10,064 bases of DNA from an uncultured Spirochaetota bacterium (GCA_963745235.1 CAVUXE010000055.1:1-10064); one strand, 5' to 3'; counted from the first letter of the stretch, positions 1 through 7,843 are shown. Notes: generated by a model from the sequence alone, not told the origin. Numbers and translations: made by a program.

Positions 1-151
1 GCCACGAGCCCTACTGGTATCTGCGGTTTTTGTTTGAAGGATTGATTTCAGCCAGGACTGCCGAACAATTTGCCGCCCTGCTTCCTCAGAACATCGATCC
101 CAAGACGCTCCGGCCCGTCGCAAAGTAGCAGGCGGTTTCTCGGGCGCTTGC
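1..151 (+). mobile_element. IS66 right end with terminal inverted repeat (about 129-151)
   Basis: The stop codon is followed by ...CTCGGGCGCTTGC. Its reverse complement GCAAGCGCCC resembles the IS66 GTAAGCG terminus. IS21 coding sequence starts immediately at 152. Confidence 0.75.
3..128 (+). CDS. tnpC: IS66-family transposase, C-terminal end (partial, runs off window)
   Basis: Manual translation of frame 3: HEPYWYLRFLFEGLISARTAEQFAALLPQNIDPKTLRPVAK*. This matches the IS66 TnpC C-terminal pattern (EPY.YLR.L.E......e..aLLP.N). Not in the ORF track. Confidence 0.85.
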   Translation, partial: HEPYWYLRFLFEGLISARTAEQFAALLPQNIDPKTLRPVAK

Positions 152-465
152 AACTGTTTCCCTCCAGCCGTTTCCGTCGAGCCTATGACGAGCTCAAGGG
201 GCATCTGGCGGTCACGAGGGCCGCGGCCGCCTACTTGGCGGTGCTCAAGTTGGCTGCCGAAGAGAGCGAAGACCTGGTCGACCGGGCACTGGGGCTGCTG
301 TTCGACCGCCACACCGCCATCAGCCTTGAGGCGGTAGCCGCGGCTCTGACGGAGTTGCGCGCCGCTCCGGCACCGGCGGCGGGTGTGACGATTACTCCCG
401 TGGACGTGGGTGTCTACGACGGGTTGTTGGAGAACGAGGAGCTCAGCCATGCCGCAGCCGTCTGA
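152..465 (+). pseudogene. istA: IS21-family transposase IstA, 3' remnant interrupted by IS66
   Basis: LFPSSRFRRAYDEL...YLAVLKLAAEESEDLVDRAL...VDVGVYDGLL is a typical IstA C-terminus, and it overlaps the istB start. Confidence 0.8.
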
Positions 466-978
466 GTTGGTCTCCTGCCTGAAGGCACTGCACCTCTCAG
501 TGGCTGCCGAGTGCTACGCCGAGACCGCCGAGGAAGCGCGGCGGGAACAGCTCACCCACGAGCAGTTTCTATTGGCCCTCACGCGTGAGGAGTTGGAACA
601 CCGCCAGGAGAACCGCACCGAGCGCTGGCTGCACGAGTCGCGCCTGCCGTTGGAGAAGGGCTTGGCCAGCTTTGACCGCGGTCAAGCTCCCCGGCCAAGG
701 TAACCGCCGCCCTGACAACGCTGCTGGAGGGGGAGTTTCTCACACGCGCCGAGAACGTGCTGGTCTTTGGCAACCCCGGAAGCGGCAAGACCCATCTGGT
801 GTGCGCCCTGGCCCAGGAACTGATCCATCGGGGACACCGGATCCTGTTCTACCCTTGCCAACTGTTGGTCCAGGATCTCCTGCGAGCCAAGCGGGACCTC
901 ACCCTGGCCCAGGAACTGAAACGCATGGCCCGCTACGAGGCCCTCATCATCGACGACATCGGGTACGTGCAGCACTAA
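449..978 (+). pseudogene. istB: IS21-family ATPase IstB, frameshifted and 3'-truncated
   Basis: ATG at 449 follows a GAGGAG RBS. N-terminus LKALHL...EQFLLAL..EELEHR; Walker A GNPGSGKTH; Walker B LIIDDIGY. Two +1 shifts near 678-695 are needed to join the frames. Homology stops at GYVQH* (976-978). Confidence 0.9.
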
Positions 979-982
979 CGAC

Positions 983-1126
983 AATATGTTTACAACTAAG
1001 TCATTAAGGAATAACGAATTAGAGAAAATATGTTTACAAAAATGTCCATGTTTACACTTTAATTCTATACATCAATAGGAATTACAAGGGATTGTAAACG
1101 CTCTTTATCTTGTCCTTGTCCTTGTA
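983..1126. repeat. AT-rich cluster of ATGTTTACA-type repeats
   Basis: AATATGTTTACAA at 983-995 and 1027-1039, ATGTTTACA at 1048-1056, inverted TTGTAAAC at 1092-1099, and CTTGTC-CTTGTC-CTTGTA at 1109-1126. Confidence 0.75.
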
Positions 1127-1188
1127 AGCTCTTTGAAGGGGGTAGAGGGCGTCTTGGGATACCTGGATTGATTGGAAGGTTGCTCTTA

Positions 1189-1383
1189 GCGCGCAGGAGA
1201 TGTACTGAAGTCCTTGTGGATGTTGTTGCTGTTTTGGCGGGCCTGTCGTCTTCAAGACGACTAACTGTAGATTGCCAACTCCACAGGGACCGTTCTGGTC
1301 TGATAAAACAAATGCCTGCTCCAAAGTGGAGTGGTTGCTCTTTACAAGGATGACCTGGGCGGAACGGTCGATTTTTCTCGCGC
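1189..1383 (+). ncRNA. Candidate IS110 bridge RNA in the 5' non-coding end
   Basis: Two adjacent stem/internal-loop/hairpin arms. Arm 1: 1210-1220/1280-1290 with apical hairpin 1245-1261. Arm 2: 1291-1297/1360-1366 with apical hairpin 1316-1334. A possible closing stem pairs 1189-1201 with 1371-1383. It lies directly upstream of the IS110 recombinase RBS. Confidence 0.6.
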
Positions 1384-1394
1384 AGGAGGAGGAA

Positions 1395-2831
1395 ATGAAA
1401 GAGAGCAATGCCATCGGAATTGACCCTGACTCGCAGGGGTTCGTATGCGCCTACGTGAAGCGTTCCGACGCAAAGGTTTCCGTCAGAGGGTACCTGACGA
1501 CGGATGCGGATTTGAAGAGCTTTCTTCAGTGGGTGAAGGGAGAGAAGAATGTCGTCGTCGCGATTGAAGGCAGCAATGGCCTAAGCAAGCCCCTGGAGAA
1601 AGCGCTGCGTGAAGCGGAGGTCATATTCTACTCCTTCAAGCCCGCAGACACGGATAAGTTCCGCAAGGCGGTACTGGGGCAGAACAAGAACAACAAGAAG
1701 GACGCAGAGTCGGTTGCCCGCTATGCGATGGCCCTTGAGGCGCAGGAGAACTTCGGGAGGTATCGAAGGGTATCGTTCGCCGGATCAGGAGCTCCAGCTT
1801 CTGACCCGCGCCTACGAGAGAAACTCGCAGGAGCTGACGGCGGAGGTAAATCGGTTGTGGAAGACGATTCGGTTAGCGTCACCGGACTTCTATCTTGCGC
1901 TTCGGGGAGGGCATCCCGAGGTGGAACTTGGCGAAAAGGTATTGAAATCCCACCGGGAATGACTCTTCTGAGCGCGAAGCCGGATTTCGGCGAGTGGAAA
2001 CATCTCTGCGATGAGGAATTGGTGGAAGCGATGGGAGGGCGAAACCGCAAGTGGCGGAGCATCGTCATCCAGAAGTTGCGCAACGTAATGGGAGTTTCAA
2101 TCCCGTGTCACCCGCCTTGGCTCTGATGATAAGAAGCAGCGCTCAGAAGATCGAAAAGCTCAAGCACGATCGCCTCGAAATTACCAAGATTCTCGCCGTA
2201 CTCACCAAGGATAGGGCGGCGGTCAAAGTGTTGCAGGGAAACACGAGGGATCTCGACGATCACCGCGGCGACGATGGTTGCCGAGATTGTCGACATCAGA
2301 CGGTTCGCTCGAGAAGACAGTCTCGCTTGCTACTGCGGCTTGGGAATGAGGGAGCACTCTACGGGAGAAAGCGTGAGGATGGTTCCTACAGAGTTGTTCA
2401 ACCATCGGCTGAAAGATATCTTCATGACTGCGGCGTGGAACGTAGTCCATTACAATCCTGAATCTCACGTAGCGGGGTACCACAGAAACCTGATAAAAGC
2501 GGGAAAGTCTCCGCTGGCAGCAACCAAGCGCGTTGCGCGAGCCCTTGTGCGAGTCATTTACCGCAAGCTCTTCACACTTGTCGGTGAGATCACGACTGCA
2601 CCAACGGAAGATGAAAACAAGGAGGGAGAAAGCGACATGGCAAGCGGTTCTACCCGCGGTGGCCAAAGCCACACGAGCGACATATCGCTTTCATCCCGAG
2701 GCAATTATAGGGCTGCAGACGCGAAGAGAGTCAAGAAAGGAGCTGCTCCGATAGAGAGAAGCAAGGAGCCAAGAAGGAAGGGAAAACCCTTGGAGAAACG
2801 ATTCGGCGCGGCCCGAGCGGGACCTCTTTGA
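1395..2831 (+). pseudogene. IS110-family recombinase/transposase, split by four frameshifts
   Basis: GGAGGAGG RBS then MKESNAIGIDPD..., VVAIEG and KNNKKDA (RuvC-like domain). The C-terminal Tnp domain reads GISTITAATMVAEIVDIRRF...LACYCGL...HSTG...NHRLK...VARALVRVIY. Pieces come from ORFs 1272, 1609, 2051 and 2274, with shifts near 1775, 1955, 2090 and 2240. Confidence 0.9.
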
Positions 2832-2953
2832 CTGGAGGGGGCTATCGAGCTGGATTAGACACGACTACCGTGACTGGTTGCCCGCCATGACGCGCTGCGG
2901 TAAAGTGGGCACGAGGAAAAGCTTGTGGGTCAATCTGGCCACTGTCGGAGCTT

Positions 2954-3012
2954 TGGACCTACCCCAAATTCGTGGACACAGGGTTAAGCAGTAACTTGAA
3001 GGGGTAGGTCCA
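2954..3012 (-). mobile_element. 59-bp miniature IS3-family remnant (internally deleted)
   Basis: Perfect 12-bp inverted ends TGGACCTACCCC (2954-2965) / GGGGTAGGTCCA (3001-3012) with TG...CA termini. 2954-2979 matches the IS3 IR at 5831-5856 at 19/26 positions. Confidence 0.65.
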
Positions 3013-3350
3013 CTGCGAGAATAATCCGGTCAACAGAATTGATCTCGCTGGGAGACAAAGCTCCTTAGAGGGGAACCGGGTCTGAGAACCCAGGCCTCTA
3101 CAAACCATCTCAGCCTCTGAGTCTTCCGGCTATGGGACAATATCCAACGCCGTCTCTGAATCATCTACCATCTTCTTTTTTGCGATTTATGAATTAACAG
3201 AAAAACCACGCTTAATCTCTTGACCCATCTTCTACAGTTTGAGGCCGTTCTGAAGTGCCTACCCCCGAATTTACAGGGAATTTGAGGGATTTTCGCCGAC
3301 GCGACCGATTTATGTAGTGCCAACAAAGTGAGTCCATATGCAGAAATATC

Positions 3351-3379
3351 TTGCATTCGATGCAATCTCATGATAGTAT
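3351..3379 (+). promoter_or_regulatory. Putative sigma70 promoter of the IS1634 transposase
   Basis: TTGCAT-17 bp-TAGTAT. The second copy has TTGCAG-17 bp-TAGTCT at the equivalent position (9938-9910, minus strand) although the spacer differs. Confidence 0.5.
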
Positions 3380-3403
3380 CCGTGGTGGGGAGGGACGCAC
3401 GCA

Positions 3404-5047
3404 GTGTTCGTCCGCATCAAGAACTCTCACGGATACAAGTACCTCCAGATCGTGGAGAATAGGCGCGAGGGCAACAAGGTCAAGCAGCGCGTGCTCACCA
3501 CACTCGGTCAGTTCGATGCACTCACCGAATCGGGCAAGATCGATGACCTCACCCGTTCACTGGCGAAGTTCGCCTCCACACGCACCATCATCGATGCCCA
3601 CCGCGAAGGGGCTATCCAAGCCCGCCGCACCCTGTCCATCGGCCCTGCCTTGGTCTTCGAGCGGTTGTGGCAGCAATTGGGAATCAAAGAGGCGATAAAA
3701 GAAGAGCAGTCGGCCAGCCGATGCCGTTTCCCGTTGGAGCGCGCGATCTTTCTCACCGTGTTGCATCGCCTTGTGGATCCTGGAAGCGACCGCGCGGCAG
3801 AGCGCTGGAAGGAGGATTTCCAGATCAGCGGGACCGAGGGCATCGAGCTGCATCATCTCTACCGCGCTATGGGCTGGCTGGGCGAGCAGAGCCTTCAGCT
3901 CGGCCACGATGCGCGAAGCCTGCGATGCCGAAAGGACCTCATCGAAGAGAAGCTTTTCCGCCGCAATCGCGATCTGTTCAGCGAGCTGGAGCTCGTGTTC
4001 TTCGACACCACCAGCCTTTACTTCGAGGGGCAAGGCGGGGAGAGCCTGGGACAGTACGGACACAGCAAGGACCACAGGCCCGACCTGAAACAGATGGTGG
4101 TCGGGGCGGTGCTGGACGGCACGGGGCGGCCGATCTGCTGCGAGCTGTGGCCGGGGAACCTCACCGATGTCACCTCCCTTATCCCGGTGGTCAAGCGTCT
4201 GAAGAGCCGCTTCGGCATCGCCTCGGTGTGCGTGGTGGCCGATCGCGGGATGATAAGCGCAGAGACGATCCAGAAACTTGAGAGTGCTGATCTCGGCATG
4301 TCCTATATCCTCGGGGCGCGCATGCACAGGGACAAAACGGTGCGCGATGAAGTGCTTCCCTCCTCTGCGGAGTTTCAGGTGGTCACGGGAGCGAAGAAGA
4401 AGGCCCAGGATCCCTCGCCGCTTTCGGTGCGCGAACAGTGGGTGGGAGGAAAGCGCTACATCGTCTGCTACAACGAAGATCAGGCGCGAAAGGATGCCGC
4501 TGACAGGGCGGCCATCGTGGAGTCCCTGAAAGAGAAGCTGAAAAGCGGGGACAAGAGCCTGGTAGGCAACAAGGGCTACAGGCGCTACCTGAAGTCCGCG
4601 GGAGCGCAGCACTTCACGATTGACGAGGCGAAGCTCGCCGAAGAACAACGATTCGACGGCATGTGGGTTCTTCGAACCAACACGACGTTTGCCGCCGCGG
4701 ATGTCGCACTGAAGTACAAGCAGTTGTGGATGGTGGAGTCAATCTTCCGTTCGGCCAAGAGCCTCCTTGAGACCCGCCCGATCTATCACAAGGTCGACGA
4801 TACCATCCGCGGGCACGTGTTCTGTAGTTTCCTCGCCCTGGTGCTGCGAACAGAGTTGGAGACGCGACTCCAGAAGCGAGGGGAGAAGCTGGAATGGGCG
4901 GACATCAACAGGGACCTTCGCGCCCTGCAGGAAGTGGAAGTGCAAATGAACGGCAAGAAGCTGTACCTGCGGACTGACCTCCGTGGGGTATGCCACACGG
5001 TATTGCAGGCAGCGGGGGTTGCGGTGCCGCAGACGGTCCGCGAATAA
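3404..5047 (+). CDS. IS1634-family DDE transposase, 547 aa
   Basis: MFVR...YKYLQIVEN.R N-terminus; FFDTTSLYFEG, GHSKDHRPDLKQ, VVADRGM, YKQLWMVESIFRSAK and RPIYH motifs; intact ORF with GTG start. Confidence 0.95.
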   Translation: MFVRIKNSHGYKYLQIVENRREGNKVKQRVLTTLGQFDALTESGKIDDLTRSLAKFASTRTIIDAHREGAIQARRTLSIGPALVFERLWQQLGIKEAIKEEQSASRCRFPLERAIFLTVLHRLVDPGSDRAAERWKEDFQISGTEGIELHHLYRAMGWLGEQSLQLGHDARSLRCRKDLIEEKLFRRNRDLFSELELVFFDTTSLYFEGQGGESLGQYGHSKDHRPDLKQMVVGAVLDGTGRPICCELWPGNLTDVTSLIPVVKRLKSRFGIASVCVVADRGMISAETIQKLESADLGMSYILGARMHRDKTVRDEVLPSSAEFQVVTGAKKKAQDPSPLSVREQWVGGKRYIVCYNEDQARKDAADRAAIVESLKEKLKSGDKSLVGNKGYRRYLKSAGAQHFTIDEAKLAEEQRFDGMWVLRTNTTFAAADVALKYKQLWMVESIFRSAKSLLETRPIYHKVDDTIRGHVFCSFLALVLRTELETRLQKRGEKLEWADINRDLRALQEVEVQMNGKKLYLRTDLRGVCHTVLQAAGVAVPQTVRE

Positions 5048-5152
5048 GGGCGCCGCCCAGGGAAAGACGGCTCTGTAGTGCCAAAGAACGTTTCGACGAT
5101 CCATAATTCCTTACAGGGCAAATACTTCACTTTTCAAAGTGTCGAAGATGGG

Positions 5153-5554
5153 CTTGACCAGATCGGGAGCAAGAACCGCCGCACAATCCCGCACGGTCGT
5201 GGTGGTCCACTTGCGCCGACTCACGCCCCGCAGGGCTTTTTCGCGCATCAGGCGAGCCACCCGCTTGCGCCCGATGTGCGTGCCCTCGGAGGCCAACTCG
5301 GCGTGGACCCGCGGTGCCCCGTAGGTACCGCGCGAGTACGCGTGAATGCGGTGGATCCCCGTGCTCAAAGCCGAGTCCTGGAGGGTCCGTTGGGAGGGCC
5401 CTCGCGCTGCCCACGCGTAGTATCCGCTGCGCGACACTTCCAGCACGCGACTCATCGTGGCCACCAAGTGCTGCGCCTCCTGGCCGCTCATGTACTCGAA
5501 GGCCTTCGTGGCGTCGCGCCGGTCTCCTGCGCGAACCACGCAGCAGCTTTTTTT
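5153..5554 (-). pseudogene. IS3-family OrfB, truncated before the catalytic DDE domain
   Basis: MSRVLEVSRSGYYAW...SRGTYGAPRVHAEL...GRKRVARLMR...APDLVK, after which the IS1634 end begins. Confidence 0.9.
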
Positions 5555-5802
5555 AGAATGTCGCGCTCTTCCCGCAGCGTGCGAACTTCGCGCCTCAGTT
5601 CGTTCAACTCCTTGCGCTCGTCCGTGGTCAGACCGTCCGTCCGCACCCCGGCATCGCGCGCGGCTTGGGCGACCCAGTTGCGGATCGTTGTTTCCGTTGG
5701 TTCAAACTCCCGTGCCAGGCTGGCAGGGGTTCTGCCGGCTCGCGCCAGGTCAAGAATCCGCTGGCGCAACTCCGACGCATACGCAGGTTTGCTTCGTGGC
5801 AT
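5488..5802 (-). CDS. IS3-family OrfA (HTH), 104 aa
   Basis: PAYASELRQR...SLAREF...TIRNWV...ELNELRREVRTLREERDILKKAAAWFA. A GGAG RBS is upstream, and an A7G -1 frameshift motif lies at 5554-5547. Confidence 0.9.
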   Translation of the reverse strand: MPRSKPAYASELRQRILDLARAGRTPASLAREFEPTETTIRNWVAQAARDAGVRTDGLTTDERKELNELRREVRTLREERDILKKAAAWFAQETGATPRRPSST

Positions 5803-5899
5803 GACTCATGCTCCTTCTCAAAGGGTCGACATGTCCACGAAATCGGGTCAACTCCAGAGGAACCCTCGCCCCATCCGGTGGCCAGCCATCCATTGAGCA

Positions 5900-6016
5900 A
5901 TCTAACATAGAATTCAGTAGCGCCGCCGAATCACCAACGCGAAGCGAACCCCACGGATCGGCCCACCGTCGATCCACAGATGCACCCAAGGCGACAACTG
6001 CAACGACTTGTTATAA
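5900..6016 (-). other. Integron attC site 1 (belongs to the methyltransferase cassette)
   Basis: Minus strand: TTATAAC-AAGTC-GTTGCAG...CTGAAT-TCTAT-GTTAGAT. It begins 9 bp after the methyltransferase stop, and the arms pair with two extrahelical bases. Confidence 0.88.
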
Positions 6017-6025
6017 CGCGCTCCG

Positions 6026-6904
6026 CTACTTCACTACAGCAACCGCGACTCGATAAGACTCGTATCCTTTCATTTTGAGGCTAGCGTCGCCAAAATACCG
6101 CTTTCGGTATTCAGCTGCGCCCATATTCATCTCAAGAGATAGACCACGTTCTACCAGATAGGCATCGAGGCTATCCGGTTGGATTCCAAAAGTCCACCTT
6201 TCTCCCACACCGGAGAGTAATTTCACAATTTCATCCGTTCCGTAAAACGCCCCGGGATCGTCAAGGACTTTCTTGTCGATATACGTGAAGACGATACGGC
6301 TTCCCGCAGCCGCTTTTGCGCAAAAAAGCAGTGTTGAGTCCACAGTTTGAGCGGTGAGGTAGTTTGATACTCCTTCCCATATGAATACCGTACGGACCGC
6401 GAAATCAAAACCCGCGTCTTTGAGAAACGTCTCAAGCTTCTGCTGATTGAAATCCATTCTGACGAATCGCACGTTATCTGGAACACTTCCCATCGCCCGT
6501 TCGGTTTGTCTGAGCTTTGCTGCGGAAGTTGCAGGGTGGTCCACTTCAAAGACAGTCGCTTTGGACATTTGGGGCATGCGATAGGGTCTTGAGTCAAACC
6601 CCGCCCCAAGAAACACAATCTGCGCCACGCCTGTTGCCAACTCTCGCTCGAGGGTATCATCGATAAGTCGCGTGCGCGCTATGCCGGATGTCCGTGCGCC
6701 TGGCCATCTGCGATCAATCAGTTGGCTTACGGCACAACGCACGAAAGGAATTGCAGAGACTCCCAGAATGAGGCGTAGCGAGGGCGAAAGGTACAATTTC
6801 GCATATTGATCTGTGAAAAGGCGACTACTCTGGGCACTTCGAGACTCGAGCGCTCTGAAGAGGGCCATAAACATCGCGGTTCGGCTAGCCTCGGTCGCCT
6901 TCAT
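6026..6904 (-). CDS. Class I SAM-dependent methyltransferase, LCM/TcmP-like family, 292 aa (gene cassette 5906-6980)
   Basis: SRTA...RALE, ARTRLIDD, QIVFLGAGFDSRPYR, FEVDHP and WEGVSNYL motifs; AAGGA RBS; flanked by attC sites. Confidence 0.88.
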   Translation of the reverse strand: MKATEASRTAMFMALFRALESRSAQSSRLFTDQYAKLYLSPSLRLILGVSAIPFVRCAVSQLIDRRWPGARTSGIARTRLIDDTLERELATGVAQIVFLGAGFDSRPYRMPQMSKATVFEVDHPATSAAKLRQTERAMGSVPDNVRFVRMDFNQQKLETFLKDAGFDFAVRTVFIWEGVSNYLTAQTVDSTLLFCAKAAAGSRIVFTYIDKKVLDDPGAFYGTDEIVKLLSGVGERWTFGIQPDSLDAYLVERGLSLEMNMGAAEYRKRYFGDASLKMKGYESYRVAVAVVK

Positions 6905-6974
6905 TGTATGTCCTTGTCGCTACTCAATTGTGCCTGTACTGACCACCCGACTCGCATGATCACATCTTAACGCG

Positions 6975-7090
6975 TTATAACATAGAGTTAAGCCGCCCCG
7001 CCGCATCAGCCCAGCGGCGACGGCTTTTACCAAACCTATGCCCCACTACAAGCCGGACGTCAAGGGGTCGGCTTCAACGACTTGTTATGA
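6975..7090 (-). other. Integron attC site 2 (belongs to the TA cassette)
   Basis: Minus strand: TCATAAC-AAGTC-GTT(G)AAG-CCG(A)CCCC...GGGGCGG-CTTAAC-TCTAT-GTTATAA. The L-box stem is perfect with two extrahelical bases. Confidence 0.92.
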
Positions 7091-7215
7091 CTACTCCCGT
7101 TCAGATTGGCCCTACCACTACAGCTAGCCACTCTGAGGATTCAGGCGCCCGAGCCAAGGAAGGCGAGGGCGTGTTCACCGCCGTCATTCGCCGCGAGGAA
7201 GCGCACCCAGGATCC

Positions 7216-7494
7216 TCATGAGATGGCTATCCGCAGCTCCTTGCCGAGTGCCTCCGCTACCTTCTTGAGGGTCGATACCCGAATGTCCTCAGCATGGTTT
7301 TCAATTCTAGAAATTGCGCTCTTTGACGTCCGGAGCCGCCGTGCAAGTTCGTCCTGAGTGACGCCGCTCTTCTGTCGAGCACTGCGGAGAAGGTAGCCTA
7401 TCTTGAACTCTTGGTAGCCAGCATCGAATCCCTTTGCGAAGCGCTTGTCGCTTTTCTTCCGCTGGGTTATGTATTTGTCTAGATCATCCCGCAC
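7216..7494 (-). CDS. XRE-family HTH antitoxin (HigA-like), 92 aa
   Basis: LRSARQKSGVTQDELARRLRTSKSAISRIEN...TLKKVAEALGKEL; GTG start with GGGAGG RBS; overlaps the toxin 3' end. Confidence 0.88.
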   Translation of the reverse strand: MRDDLDKYITQRKKSDKRFAKGFDAGYQEFKIGYLLRSARQKSGVTQDELARRLRTSKSAISRIENHAEDIRVSTLKKVAEALGKELRIAIS

Positions 7495-7843
7495 GTCCGT
7501 GCCTCCCTATGTGATCAGCCTTTAGCCGTTCGGCTTGCCTGATTTCTTCAATAGGCGTTTTCGGCGTCTTCTTCATGAAACCATGGGTCAGAACCAACCG
7601 GTCTCTCCCGTGAAAGAAGCCCAGGATCCGATAGGTGTTTCCACCGAAGACGACGCGACACTCCCATATCTCGTCGCTCGCAGTCAGCTTCTTGAAGTAC
7701 TGCCCAGGAACTGCGTCCAGTTCTTGGAGCAGCTTCAGTACCCACGTCACTTTCTGGGCGGCCTTTGAGGGTAAAGAATCAAGGAACTTGACTACCGGAC
7801 ACTGTCCTTTCTCAGTCTTGTAGAAGACGAGCGACCGTCCCAT
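7484..7843 (-). CDS. RelE/ParE-superfamily toxin (HigB/Gp49-like), 119 aa
   Basis: FYKT..G.CPV.KFLDSL, KKL....IWECRV....YRI and LVLTHGFMKKTPKTP.EEI motifs; toxin-first order upstream of an HTH gene. Confidence 0.9.
   Translation of the reverse strand: MGRSLVFYKTEKGQCPVVKFLDSLPSKAAQKVTWVLKLLQELDAVPGQYFKKLTASDEIWECRVVFGGNTYRILGFFHGRDRLVLTHGFMKKTPKTPIEEIRQAERLKADHIGRHGRAG

Larger units (their letters stand above)
3224..5152 (+). mobile_element. Complete IS1634-family element (1929 bp)
   Basis: TIRs CCCATCTTCTACAGTTTGA / reverse complement CCCATCTTCGACACTTTGA. A 5-bp direct repeat CTTGA flanks it at 3219-3223 and 5153-5157. Confidence 0.93.
5153..5856 (-). mobile_element. IS3-family element, left part only (interrupted by IS1634)
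   Basis: Left IR TGGAGTTGACCCGATTTCGTGGACAT (5856-5831), orfA, a slippery site and the 5' part of orfB. Confidence 0.9.

Noticed and set aside
1127-1145. Similarity of CTCTTTGAAGGGGG to 2825-2851 and a shared AGCT as the IS110 core
   Set aside because: The match is gapped and short, the implied junction gives no -10 box and the guide match is unconvincing; the IS110 ends are left undefined.
1272-1394. 41-aa N-terminal extension of the IS110 ORF (likewise 9887-9919 for IS1634 copy 2)
   Set aside because: RBS position and domain start support ATG 1395; comparison with copy 1 supports GTG 9886.
2832-2953. Continuation of istB after the IS110 element
   Set aside because: I found no IstB C-terminal sequence (e.g. 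E.LF.L...RYE) in the + frames I read; the segment remains unassigned.
3168-3176. CCATCTTCT resembling the IS1634 TIR start
   Set aside because: Only 9 bp with no further similarity; likely chance.
3557-4648. 363-aa minus-strand ORF (and the equivalent 8642..9763 ORF)
   Set aside because: Antisense shadows of the GC-rich IS1634 transposase genes; no recognisable motifs.
2954-5856. IRs at 2954 and 5856 as the two ends of one IS3
   Set aside because: The flanks do not form a TSD (CTT vs GAG), the intervening 3013-3218 is not orfB, and the 2954 IR has its own partner at 3012.
5078-5896. 272-aa plus-strand ORF
   Set aside because: Antisense to IS3 orfA/orfB and crosses element boundaries.
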